This document shows, piece by piece, positions 37,289 through 49,160 of a DNA stretch of 64,000 nucleotides. Position 1 is the stretch's first letter. Every line of letters starts with the position of its first letter. Source of the stretch: Macrostomum lignano (lineage: Eukaryota); contig NIVC01000301.1 in the NCBI GenBank assembly GCA_002269645.1, positions 62,001 to 126,000 of the forward strand. The letters are read 5' to 3'. Both the position numbers and the translations under genes were made by a program. The notes below the pieces were generated by a model. It was not told the DNA's origin. It saw only the letters and a program-made list of their open reading frames with translations, and made no database searches.

Positions 37289-38669
37289 GCCAAGTTTCTC
37301 ATTCTTTTACTCTATTGACCTCTGAGAAGTTTTTGCGATGTCCTGAGCACAGTGTAGTTGACCTCGTTTGACCTTCAGCAAACTATCTATGGTCTCATAT
37401 TTGACTTTGGGCGAACTTTACGAGTAGATGACCTGTAATTTAGTTGACCTGGTTTGACCTTCGAACTCTAAATGACCCCATATAGTTTTGATGACGTCAT
37501 TGGACCTTCAGTGAACTTCATATGATAGGCCGTATAATTGAGCTTTGTCCAACTTTCGATGACCCAATTTGAACTTTAGCATCAGTCTTGCACAATTCAA
37601 TTTAATTTAACTCAATCCAACCCAGTCCAATCCAATTTAATTCAGTTTTTCCGATCTTGAGGGACTTGCCTAGAGAGCCGCAATGAATATTTCAGCGCCG
37701 CGCCATCCTGACCTCCGGCTGCTAGCCTTGCTAAATAATTTGCTTGGTCTGCTTTCAGTGCCGGGGGTGGGCGGCCTGCTGACAGCTGCCAGATCCGCAG
37801 CCCTCCTGCCTGTTGAAAGGCTGCAGTCGTGTCGCGGCCTCGCCCTGTTTTTTCGCGTCCGGGGCTTCTCATTTTCCTTCTATTTCTGTATTTGCATGCT
37901 ATTCTGCTTTTTTCCTTGTACAATGTCTGCATGACATTGTTTGCCTTGATTTTTTAGTCGTCGTATTGCAATAGAATAAGACCCAAGTTCACTACAATCT
38001 GTTTAACCAAAAACTGACGTTACGATAATTTTGTGCGCCAAACTGAACAAGTGGAAAATGCGAGTTGTGGTGAACAGGAGTTGCCAATACACGATTCTGG
38101 GTTTGAGTTGAGAATCGAGACCTGCCAGGTTGGGGCAGACTTAACCAGGCGTCTTTTAGGGTGAGGGGGGTTTCTTCTCAAGGCAGCTCTCGGGCAGTGC
38201 TCGAGTGTCCTGCCCAGTGGAGGGGGCGGGCGGGCAGGGATGATGACCGGCTTTTGGCAGGCCTGATTTGAATTCCAACACACTGACGGATGAGGAGCCT
38301 TGCTGTGGAGATTGGGGGGGGTTGAAGAAATCGACCAAGGGCCTTATCAAGTGTATTTTGAAGTATTCCTGCTGGTGTTTGTACTTTAGTTGTGCTTTTA
38401 GTTTTTATATGATTCGTATAGTAAACATGAAATCCTTGTGTCAGCAGATTATTGGACATCGTACAGTTTGTTATAGTTTGTAACAATTTTACTTGGAGTT
38501 CGAATACATGATCTTTATAGTAGATTTGTACTTTTAAATTCAAATTTCACGTATTTAGGCTGTAGCTCTTAGTATGATTACTTTTGGTAATTTTTTAAAT
38601 TGCCTATGTCCGTATATAATGTGACTGTCAATATCCAGTCTGTGTGTATCTTGTGTATAGCAGTATGTT

Positions 38670-39120
38670 TAGATTGTCTATGGCAGTATGTGTGCTTTGT
38701 CTATGGCAGTAAGTGTACATTGTCTGTGGCAGTATGTGTGCTTTGTCTATGGCAGGATGTTTACATTGTCTATGGCAGTATGTGTGCTTTGTCTATGGCA
38801 GTAAGTGTACATTGTCTGTGGCAGTATGTGTGCTTTGTCTATGGCAGTAAGTATACATTGTCTGTGGCAGTATATGTTCATTGTCTATGGCAGGATGTTT
38901 ACATTGTCTATGGCAGTATGTGTGCTTTGTCTATGGCGGGATGTGTACATTGTCTGGCAGTATATGTTCATTGTCTATGGCAGGATGTTTACATTGTCTA
39001 TGGCAGTATGTGTGCTTTGTCTATGGCGGGATGTGTGTGGCAGTATGTGTGCTTTGTCTATGGCAGTAAGTGTACATTGTCTGTGGCAGTATGTGTGCAT
39101 TGTCTATGGCAGCATGTTTA
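38670..39120. repeat. 23-bp minisatellite (GTCTATGGCAGTATGTGTGCTTT variants)
   Basis: Direct inspection; ends about 55 nt before the receptor ATG. Confidence 0.9.
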
Positions 39121-39175
39121 CTTTGGCATGGTGCAAGCGTTCAATCCCGAACTCATTCCAGCCAGCCCGTCTCCA

Positions 39176-42100
39176 ATGCGGCCGCCGGTTCTCCTGCTTT
39201 CGTCGCTGCTGCCGCTGCTCGGCCAGCTGCTGTCGACGCCCCCGTCGCCGGCGTTGGCGTCCTCGGCCAAGGCGGCCAATCGGTCCAACGAGAAGCTGCT
39301 CATCCAGAAGCTGATCAACGGCTACAGGGAGCACGGCCTGCTGGGCCGGCCGGTTGGCAACTACAAGGATCAGGTGGGTGGGCGCTTGCTGCGAGCGTAT
39401 CCGGGGAGATTAGTTTGCATTGCGGAGAATAGTGACCCACTGGTAACAAGTGTCACCTACCGGCTAGAATGCTGAACACTAGGCTTGGGAATGCTGACCC
39501 ACTAGGCTTGGGAATGCTGAACACTAGGCTTGGGAATGCTGACCCATTAGGCTTGGGAATGCTGAACACTAGGCTTGGGAATGCTGACCCACTAGGCTTG
39601 GGAATGCTGACCCACTAGGCTTGGGAATGCTGAACACTAGGCTTGGGAATGCTGACCCACTAGGCTTGGGAATGCTGACCCACTAGGCTTGGGAATGTTG
39701 ACCCACTAGGCTTGGGAATGTTGACCCACTAGGCTTGGGAATGCTGAACACTAGGCTTGGGAATGTTGACCCACTAGGCTTGGGAATGTTGACCCACTAG
39801 GCTTGGGAATGCTGAACACTAGGCTTGGAAATGCTGACCCACTAGGCTTGGGAATGCTGAACACTAGGCTTGGGAATGCTGAACACTAGGCTTGGGAATG
39901 CTGACCCACTAGGCTTGGGAATGCTGAACACTAGGCTTGGGAATGTTGACCCACTAGGCTTGGGAATGTTGACCCACTAGGCTTGGGAATGCTGACCCAC
40001 TAGGCTTGGGAATGCTGAACACTAGGCTTGGGAATGCTGACCCACTAGGCTTGGGAATGTTGACCCACTAGGCTTGGGAATGCTGACCCACTAGGCTTGG
40101 AAATGCTGACCCACTAGGCTTGGGAATGCTGACCCACTAGGCTTGGGAATGCTGAACACTAGGCATGGGAATGCTGAACACTAGGCTTGGGAATGCTGAC
40201 CCACTAGGCTTGGGAATGTTGACCCACTAGGCTTGGGAATGCTGACCCACTAGGCTTGGAAATGCTGACCCACTAGGCTTGGGAATGCTGACCCACTAGG
40301 CTTGGGAATGCTGAACACTAGGCTTGGGAATGCTGAACACTAGGCTTGGGAATGCTGACCCACTAGGCTTGGGAATGCTGACCCACTAGGCTTGGGAATG
40401 TTGACCCACTAGACTGGAATGCTGGAATAGTTTGGGAGCTGTTAGGGCACCAGACACTGATGACCCACCAGTCACTGATGATCCACCAGACACTGATGAC
40501 CCACCAGACACTGATAACCCACCAGACACTGATGACCTACCAGACACTGATGATCCACCAGTCACTGATGACCCACCAGACACTGATAACCCACCAGACA
40601 CTGATGACCTACCAGACACTGATGATCCACCAGTCACTGATGACCCACCAGACACTGATAACCCACCAGACACTGATGACCCACCAGACAGATGACCCAC
40701 TATACCCTGATGAGTCACTGATCACTGACACTGATAACCCACCAGACACTGATGACCTACCAGACACTGATGACCCACCAGACACTGATGACCCACCAGA
40801 CACAAATGACCCAGCCGTCACTCCCGCAGGTAGAAATCAAGTTCGGCCTCGCATTCGTGCAAATCCTGGACCTGGACGAGAACCGGCAGCTGCTGCGCAC
40901 GAACTGCTGGCTGCGGTACATGTGGCACGACCGGCTGCTGAACTGGAGCGGCTGGGCGAACACGACTCGCCAGTTCGAGAACCTGACCCAGATCCGAGTG
41001 TTCCCGGATCTCATCTGGACGCCCGACATTCGGCTGTTGAATTTCGCCGACGAGCGGCTATCAGAGCAGCGCGAGGCGCGGATTGTGGTGTACAGCCACG
41101 GCCTGGTGCTGTGGGTGCCGCAGTCTTTGTTTAAGAGCACCTGTCCGGTGGAGAGTCTTTATTTCCCATTCGACACGCAGCTCTGCGTGCTGGAGTTCGG
41201 CTCCTGGACCTACGACGTGACCCAGCTGAACATCAACTGGTACGACTACGAGATCACCTACGACAACAACACGCAGGGCTCGGAGCCCAACCCTACATTG
41301 ATTACACTAACTACATCCCTAGCAACGAGTGGGTGACGGACGGCGAGCTCGAGCCAACCATCTGGCCGTCCAGGCGCACCAAGCAGATCCGGTCCATTGT
41401 CCGGTGCCGCAACGTCACCTTCCAGTCTGCCAGCGGCGGCCAGTACAACCGGACCTACAAGACTTTGCAGTACCGGGTTCGCATGCGCCGGAGCGCCTCA
41501 TTCTACCTGTCAATCCTGGTGCTGCCCTGCATGCTGCTCTCCTGCCTCACCTGGGTGATCTTCTGGCTGCCGCCAGAGTCCCCGGCCAAGATGCAGCTGG
41601 GCATGAACATCTTTGTGGCCTTCTTTGTCCTCATGCTGCTGCTGTCGGAGGCCACGCCGTCGGCCGTGAAGACTTTCCCGCTGATCGGGTATTACTACTG
41701 CCTGAACATGGTGATGATCACCCTCAGCACCTTCCTGGCCGTCATCGTCATCAACCTGTACGTGTGCGCCGATCGCCACGCTCCGCTGAACCCGCTGCTC
41801 CGCCAGCTGCTTGTCGAAGGCCTCGGCCGACTGTTCCTGGTCCGGCAGAGCGTCCCGCTGCCGCCTCCGGTGGCGTGCGGCAAGGCCGCCAAGCCGAAGA
41901 AGCAGCCGCCGCCGCCGCCGCCGCCGCAACTGCCTTCGACGCAGGCGGTCGCCGCGGCGGGAGCCCCTGAGGCTGAGCAGATCGGCCAGTTGCAGCGCCA
42001 GCGTCGGCACCGTCAGCAGCATCGGCAGCGGCGGCAGAAATCCAGCGGCGCCTGCTTGAACGAGGAGGATGACGCCGACGAGGAGTCGACCCGTTCCGGC

Positions 42101-42337
42101 TCGGTTGAGAAGGGCGTGCTGGAGCTGAAACGGCACCTGCGGATGTACCTGAGCCGGCTGAAGGAGAAGGAAAGACGGAACTCGGCGGCCATGGAGTGGC
42201 GCACCCTGGCCATTGTGCTGGACCGGATCTTCTTCACGTCCTACGTTCTGGCCATCATGGTGGCCATTGTGCTGCTCATCCCTCGGGCCCATCCTGAGCT
42301 GCCCTACGAGCGCGAGGATCAGAAATACTGCATGTGA
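39176..42337 (+). CDS. Cys-loop nicotinic acetylcholine receptor-type subunit, non-alpha, predicted anion-selective; 1-bp frameshift at about 41288-41293
   Basis: Exon 39176-39373 (signal peptide, NEKLLIQKL...RPV) and exon 40830-42337. IWTPDI, Cys-loop CPVESLYFPFDTQLC, GSWTYD, TM1-3, EW..LA.VLDRIF TM4. No vicinal Cys in loop C; M1-M2 linker is PPESPAK. Confidence 0.9.
39475..40415. repeat. Intronic 23-bp minisatellite (CACTAGGCTTGGGAATGCTGACC)
   Basis: Period 23. Confidence 0.95.
40445..40815. repeat. Intronic 18-bp minisatellite (CCACCAGACACTGATGAC)
   Basis: Direct inspection; runs to about 15 nt from the splice acceptor. Confidence 0.95.
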
Positions 42338-42344
42338 TGGATAA

Positions 42345-43012
42345 TGTTCCTTAGCTGACAGCAGAATGTCCCTTAGCTTACAGCAGGATGTTCCTTAGCT
42401 GACAGCAGAATGTCCCTTAGCTGACAGCAGGATGTTCCTTAGCTTACAGCAGAATGTCCCTTAGCTGACAGCAGGATGTCCCTTAGCTGACAGCAGGATG
42501 TCCCTTAGCTGACAGCAGAATGTCCCTTAGCTTACAGCAGGATGGTCCTTAGCTGACAGCAGGATGTTCCTTAGCTGACAGCAGAATGTCCCTTAGCTGA
42601 CAGCAGGATGTTCCTTAGCTGACAGCAGGATGTCCCTTAGCTGACAGCAGGATGTCCCTTAGCTGACAGCAGAATGTCCCTTAGCTGACAGCAGAATGTC
42701 CCTTAGCTTACAGCAGGATGTCCCTTAGCTGACAGCAGGATGTTCCTTCGCTGACAGCAGAATGTCCCTTAGCTTACAGCAGGATGTTCCTTAGCTGACA
42801 GCAGGATGTCCCTTAGCTGACAGCAGGATGTCCCTTAGCTGACAGCAGAATGTCCCTTAGCTGACAGCAGGATGTTCCTTAGCTGACAGCAGGATGTCCC
42901 TTAGCTGACAGCAGGATGTTCCTTAGCTGACAGCAGAATGTCCCTTAGCTGACAGCAGGATGTCCCTTAGCTGACAGCAGGATGTTCCTTACCTGACAGC
43001 AGAATGTTCTCT
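42345..43012. repeat. 22-bp minisatellite (TCCCTTAGCTGACAGCAGGATG)
   Basis: Starts about 8 nt after the receptor stop codon. Confidence 0.95.
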
Positions 43013-43699
43013 AGCTGAGATTTGTTTTCAAGTTTACGCTCGTAGTTACGCCAGCAGCTTTGATGATTAAAAAGCATAATTATAGTTCCGACTTGTATTG
43101 CATAATTTCCACATTTTATATAGCACTGTATTCACTGTGTGCACCCTTTATTGCAGGCTGCAACTTTAGTATTGAGAATTCCTTGTAGTGTACATTTTTT
43201 AATCTTTGAAATTTGTGCATACGTTTTTTGGTGCATCAGACCGCCCAGATGTTTACTATTTAAACTTTAATAGGTGGTTTTGTACTCTAGCTATTATAAC
43301 TGGTTTATCTAGTTACAATTTTATTACATTTTTCCTTATTGCACTACTTGCGTCAGTAAGCGGCATGCATTTGTCTGCATTTGTTATTTTCTTTCAAGTA
43401 ATTAACTGGGTTGTAAAACACGTACTTTCGTTTTGTGCGGACAATCAGGTTGTAGTTTTTCTTCACGTTTTGCATCGACTGTTTATCGAACATTGTCTAC
43501 TATGCGATTCTTCACCGCTTATGTTTGGCCAAACGTTTTTGCGAGGTCTGCATCCGAGACTGTCTGCTGTTTTTTGTTGCAGGCAGTCGTCCGTTTTTCT
43601 TGTTATAAACCGTGCGGTAGGCTTATTGAGTTGCTTCGGTCCTTTCAGACCAACTAATGGGGCTATATAAAAATACACTAAGGTTGTAAAAGCTTCTGA

Positions 43700-45240
43700 G
43701 TAGGTGGCAAGCCACTGAGTCGGTGGCAAAGTCACTGAGTCGGTAGAAAAGTCACTGAGTCGGTGGAAAAGTCACTGAGTAGGTGGCATAGCCACAAATG
43801 ATGTTTTAAAACCACAACTGAAGTTGTAAAGCCACATATGAGGTTTTAATGCCACAAATGCGGTTCTAAAGCCAAAAATGAGGTTTTAAAGTAAAAAAAT
43901 GAGGTTGTAAAGCCACAGATGAGGTTGTAAAGCAACAAATGAAGTTGTAAAGCCACAAATAAGGTTGTAAAGCAACAAATGAGGTTGTAAAGCCACAAAT
44001 GATGTTGTAAATCCAAAAATGAGGTTTCAAATCCAAAAATGAGGTTGTAAAGCCAAAAATGAGGTTGTAAAGCCATATATGAGGTTGTAAAGCCACAGAT
44101 GAAGTTGTAAAGCCACAAATGAGGTTGTAAAGCTAAAAAAATGAGGTTGTAAAGCCGCAAAGGCGGTTGTAAAGTAAAAAATGGGGTTGTAAAGCCAAAA
44201 ATGAGGTTGTAAAGCCAAAAATGAGGTTGTAAAGCAACAAATGAAGTTGTAAAGCCACAAATAAGGTTGTAAAGCCAAAAAAATGAGGTTGTAAAGCCAC
44301 AGATAAGGTTGCAAAGGTACAGATGAGGTTGTAAAGCCATAGATGAGGTTGTAAAGCAACAAATGAGGTTGTAAAGCCAAAAATGAGGTTGTTAAGCCAA
44401 AAAGGAGGTTGTAAAGCCACAGATGAGGTTGTAAAGCAACAAATGAGGTTGTAAAGCCAAAAATGAGGTTGTAAAGCCACAGATGAGGTTGTAAAGCAAC
44501 AAATGAGGTTGTAAAGCCAAAAATGAGGTTGTAAAGCCACAGATGAGGTTGTAAAGCAACAAATGAGGTTGTAAAGCCAAAAATGAGGTTGTAAAGCCAC
44601 AGATGAGGTTGTAAAGCAACAAATGAGGTTGTAAAGCCACAAATGAGGTTGTAAAGCTAAAAAAATGAGGTTGTAAAGCCGCAAAGGCGGTTGTAAAGTA
44701 AAAAATGGGGTTGTAAAGCCAAAAATGAGGTTGTAAAGCCAAAAATGAGGTTGTAAAGCAACAAATGAAGTTGTAAAGCCACAAATAAGGTTGTAAAGCC
44801 AAAAAAATGAGGTTGTAAAGCCACAGATAAGGTTGCAAAGGTACAGATGAGGTTGTAAAGCCATAGATGAGGTTGTAAAGCAACAAATGAGGTTGTAAAG
44901 CCAAAAATGAGGTTGTTAAGCCAAAAAGGAGGTTGTAAAGCCACAGATGAGGTTGTAAAGCAACAAATGAGGTTGTAAAGCCAAAAATGAGGTTGTAAAG
45001 CCACAGATGAGGTTGTAAAGCAACAAATGGGGTTGTAAAGCCAAAAATGAGGTTGTAAAGCCACAGATGAGGTTGTAAAGCAACAAATGAGGTTGTAAAG
45101 CCAAAAATGAGGTTGTAAAGCCACAGATGAGGTTGTAAAGCAACAAATGAGGTTGTAAAGCCACAAATGAGGTTGTAAAGCCAAAAATGAGGTTGTAAAG
45201 CCAAAAATGAGGTTGTAAAGCCAAAAATGAGGTTGTAAAG
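43700..45240. repeat. 20-bp minisatellite (ATGAGGTTGTAAAGCCAAAA) with higher-order structure
   Basis: 60-bp trimer and a 524-bp block duplication; preceded by a different 20-mer (AAAGTCACTGAGTCGGTGGA). Confidence 0.95.
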
Positions 45241-45744
45241 TGATTTTATTGCAAAGAAAGTAGAATTTTGCCTTGAAATTTCACGCCCTGCGCAGCATGT
45301 CTGTCTAGTCTTCAATTGGCCAGCCAGCCGATCGCTGTTGTTACGTCATCTGTTTTTGGATCCCTATTATATTTGTGGTAATTTTACTATATTTTTTTAA
45401 TTTGTTACTTTTGTTACTTTATACTTTTACAAACGAATCTATTGCAAAGAATATTTATAATATTTTTTTCTAATTCTTCACTAGCCATTTCTGTCTTTTG
45501 CTTGACTGCGCAGCAGGTTTTCTTCTAATAGTTCAGATCCTTTGAAATCTTTAAAAACTTGTTAATTAATTAGCAGCTGCTTTGTGGTAACTTGATTTTC
45601 ACATACACCGCAAATTTATGATAATGAGATAATTTTATAACAGAATCGAAACTAGCTTTCTCTTTTGCTTTTCTGTTTGTATTTCTGACTCTCACAACCA
45701 TAGGAACCGCGCCACTTAGCTACCAGGGATAACCGGTCAAGCAA

Positions 45745-46867
45745 CCAGGATTCACCTGTTGAGACACCATTGAGTCACCTGTTGAGACACCTTGGGGTGA
45801 CCTGTTGAGACACCTTGGGGTGACCTGTTGAGACACCATTGAGTCACCTGTTGAGACACCTTGGGGTAACCTGTTGAGACACCATGGGGTTACCTGTTGA
45901 GACACTGTGGGGTAACCTGTTGAGACACCGTAAGGTCACCTGTTGAGACACCGTAAGGTCACCTGTTGAGACACCAGGGGTCACCTGTTGAGACACTGTG
46001 GGGTAACTTGTTGAGACACCGTAAGGTCACCTGTTGAGACACCATAGGGTCACCTGTTGAGACACCAGGAGTCACCTGTTGAGACAGCAGGAGTCACCTG
46101 TTGAGACACCAGGAGTCACCTGTTGAGACAGCAGGGGTCACCTGTTGAGACACCGTGGGGTCACCTGTTGAGACAGCAGGGATCACCTGTTGAGACAGCA
46201 GGGGTCACCTGTTGAGACACCGTGGGGTCACCTGTTGAGACACCGTGGGGTTACCTGTTGAGACAGCAGGGGTCACCTGTTGAGACAGCAGGGATCACCT
46301 GTTGAGACAGCAGGGGTCACTGTTGAGACAGAAGGGGTTACCTGTTGAGACAGCAGGGGTCACCTGTTGAGACAGCAGGGGTCACTGTTGAGACAGCAGG
46401 GGTCACTGTTGAGACAGCAGGGGTTACCTGTTGAGACAGCAGGGGTCACTGTTGAGACAGCAGGGGTCACTGTTGAGACAGCAGGGGTCACTGTTGAGAC
46501 AGCAGGGGTCACTGTTGAGACAGCAGGGGTTACCTGTTGAGACAGCAGGGGTTACCTGTTGAGACAGCAGGGGTCACCTGTTGAGACAGCAGGGGTTACC
46601 TGTTGAGACAGCAGGGGTCACCTGTTGAGACAGCAGGGGTCACTGTTGAGACAGCAGGGGTCACCTGTTGAGACACCGTGGGGTCAACTGTTGAGACAGC
46701 AGGGGTCACCTGTTGAGACAGCAGGGGTCACTGTTGAGACAGCAGGGGTCACTGTTGAGACAGCAGGGGTCACCTGTTGAGACACCGTGGGGTCACCTGT
46801 TGAGACAGCAGGGGTCACCTGTTGAGACAGCAGGGGTCACCTGTTGAGACAGCAGGGGTCACCTGTT
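45745..46867. repeat. 22-bp minisatellite (CACCTGTTGAGACAGCAGGGGT)
   Basis: Direct inspection; gradient of variants from left to right. Confidence 0.95.
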
Positions 46868-46929
46868 ACACCAGAAGAGGCAGATCAATATTCTAGGAAG
46901 TTCTCCACCCCATCGCGCACTCCTCAGCC

Positions 46930-49035
46930 ATGCCGACCGACCTGAAGCGCATCATGCAGTCCGCCAGCTACCCCGCCGATGTGGAGCAGAGTCTGGAGCC
47001 GCTGCTCCGTTGGCTGCGGGACACCCCCGGGCTTGGCGGTCAAGTTCGGCCGTTCCGCTCTGGACAGTTTGTCGGCGATACGGCGGCTGCCGCGACTCCG
47101 CTGGCCAGCCCCTGGAGCTGCTGGTCGGCGTCGGTGACCGGTGTTTCGGTGCCGGCCGAGGCCTCAGCGAATGCGGAGCCGCCAGCCGCATCGACTGGCG
47201 ACCTCGCCGAGGCGCTGCGGCGGCTGCGCAAAATCGCGACTAACAGGCGGGAGCTGAGCAGTCTGGCCGAGATCTTTGCCACCGGCCGGGCGCCGGCCGA
47301 CGTCGCAGCCGACCTGGACAGCATCGACGCTCTGCTGGCCGACGCTGTCGAGCTGCCGCCTTCCCGACCGTTGCCGTCCATCGAGCTGGCAGTCATCGGC
47401 GGGCCGCGGCCGCTGCTCGACTGTTTCCGGCGGCTGTTGGCCTGCCTGGCTTCCGGCTGCGGCCTCTGCTTGGCCACCGCTGGGCCCGCCGACCCCGCCG
47501 CCCTGCCCTGCTGCCTGTTCGCCGCCATGGCTGCCGAAGCCAACTGGCCCGCCGGTCGCCTGGAGTTCCTACCGGGCATCGGCGCCATCCCGCAGCAGGT
47601 CAGCAGACTGTGGGCGCCTGCGGCAGCGGAGCCGCTGCTGTCCGGGCAGCTGCCGAAAGCGCTGGAGGCTGCCGCCTTCCGCGCCTCGCCGTCAGCCGCC
47701 TCATCTCTGTTCGTCATCGCTCCGCCCTGCGATTTGGGCGCCGCCGCCGACGATCTGGCGATGTCGCTCGCCGCCTGCAACGGCCAGCTGGCCGAGACGC
47801 CCAAGCGGCTGCTGTTGCAGGAGTCTCTGGCCGGCGATTTCCTCGCCCTGCTGTCCGAGCGGATGAGCCGCCTGCGCGCCTCCGACCGGCCGCTCGTCTG
47901 CCTGGACGCAGGGCCGCCGCTGTCCGCGAGCTCGTCCGGCACGGCCGCCGCTTTGGCCAACGCCATTGTTGAAGGCGCCTCGGTGGCCGCCGCAGCTGCT
48001 GCCGCTGTCGATTCCAAGTCCGTCGGCTTCATCGCGCCGACCGTCCTGACGGGGCCGCAGCCGTCCGACCGGCTGCTGCAGACGCCGCACGCCGGCCCGC
48101 TGGCTGTCGCTCTCGTCTTCCGCTCGGCTGCCGAGGCGCTGAAACTGGCGGCAGCTGGCGGGCTGCCCGCAGACTCCGTGACGCTGCACTGCCAGCGGTC
48201 CAGCCTGCTGTGGGAGCTCATCCCCGGGTTCGCGCCCGCCGCCTCAGTGTGGGTGAACTCCCGGCCCAGGCCGCATCCGCTGGAGCCCGAGCTGGGGCCC
48301 AGGTGCGATCTGGCCTGGACTCTGCCGCCTGCGGATGTCGAAGATGAAGCTGAGAGTCTGGAGGTGTCAGTCGGCATCTGCCCGCTTGCGTCCGCAGCCG
48401 CAGCCGCCGAAGCCGCCCTGGCCGTCGGTCGCTCCGCCAGCCGGACGGCCCGTTCCGATGCGGCCGCCTGCCTGGCCGAACTCGCCGACCGCTGCCCGCG
48501 CCGGCTGCGCGCCAGCCTTCCGGTCAGACCAGACGAAATCGGCGCCGCGCGCCTGGCGCCCGCGGGGCCCGCGTTCCCCGGCCAGGCGGCCGTGCGCGCC
48601 GTTCCGCCTGCCGCCCTGGTCATCGACGCCGGGGTCGAGTCGGCACGGACGGCACGTCAACTGCTTCGATTGGTCGCCCTGGCCGTTGCTATGCGAGTTC
48701 CGGTTGCCGTGGCAACGACCGGTGCCTGGGCGCCCAAAGCTCTGTTCGGCCTGCCGCAGGCCTGCGCTCCCCGCTTCGTGGCGACGTCGCCGGCTGAGGC
48801 AGCCGAACTTCGCGCCCGCCTGCTGGCAGCTCGGCCGGCTGCGCTCTGCCTGCTCGGCGGCAACCGCGCCGACTTCGCCGGCCACCTCGGCGGCTGGCGG
48901 TCAGGCGCTGCCGCTGGTCGCCGGCTGCTGTTCTGCCCGGACGACTCGGACTCGGCGCCCGAGTTGGACGAGCTGCGACTCTGCCTGTGCCGTCAGTCGG
49001 CCGTGTGGCTGCCGGCCAAGCACTCGCTGCCCTAG
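46930..49035 (+). CDS. ALDH16A1: Aldehyde dehydrogenase 16A1-like protein, intronless, probably non-catalytic
   Basis: 701-aa ORF. N-terminus IMQSASYP...LLRWL resembles ALDH16; ALDH remnants DLGAAAD, NGQ...RLLLQES, LDAGP, FIAPTVLTG, GP.....FRS..EAL, SVWVNS; extra C-terminal partial domain. Confidence 0.7.
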   Translation: MPTDLKRIMQSASYPADVEQSLEPLLRWLRDTPGLGGQVRPFRSGQFVGDTAAAATPLASPWSCWSASVTGVSVPAEASANAEPPAASTGDLAEALRRLRKIATNRRELSSLAEIFATGRAPADVAADLDSIDALLADAVELPPSRPLPSIELAVIGGPRPLLDCFRRLLACLASGCGLCLATAGPADPAALPCCLFAAMAAEANWPAGRLEFLPGIGAIPQQVSRLWAPAAAEPLLSGQLPKALEAAAFRASPSAASSLFVIAPPCDLGAAADDLAMSLAACNGQLAETPKRLLLQESLAGDFLALLSERMSRLRASDRPLVCLDAGPPLSASSSGTAAALANAIVEGASVAAAAAAAVDSKSVGFIAPTVLTGPQPSDRLLQTPHAGPLAVALVFRSAAEALKLAAAGGLPADSVTLHCQRSSLLWELIPGFAPAASVWVNSRPRPHPLEPELGPRCDLAWTLPPADVEDEAESLEVSVGICPLASAAAAAEAALAVGRSASRTARSDAAACLAELADRCPRRLRASLPVRPDEIGAARLAPAGPAFPGQAAVRAVPPAALVIDAGVESARTARQLLRLVALAVAMRVPVAVATTGAWAPKALFGLPQACAPRFVATSPAEAAELRARLLAARPAALCLLGGNRADFAGHLGGWRSGAAAGRRLLFCPDDSDSAPELDELRLCLCRQSAVWLPAKHSLP

Positions 49036-49160
49036 GCTTGACGGGGGATCGAACCAAGGACCTTTTTGATACTTACTAGTAATTGCAATATTCCATACTG
49101 CTCAATATCAGTGCCCCTCTGAAATTCGAGATTATCGCTTAATCTGTAATGGGGAATTAA

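Noticed and set aside
49038-49065. tRNA-like T-arm on the - strand (GGTCCTTGGTTCGATCCCCCG), and a B-box at about 61905
   Set aside because: No A-box, D-arm or acceptor stem could be built.
46952-49069. Overlapping and antisense ORFs of up to 527 aa over ALDH16 (similarly over the receptor, QSOX and LINE)
   Set aside because: Expected shadows of very GC-rich coding sequence; no recognisable motifs.
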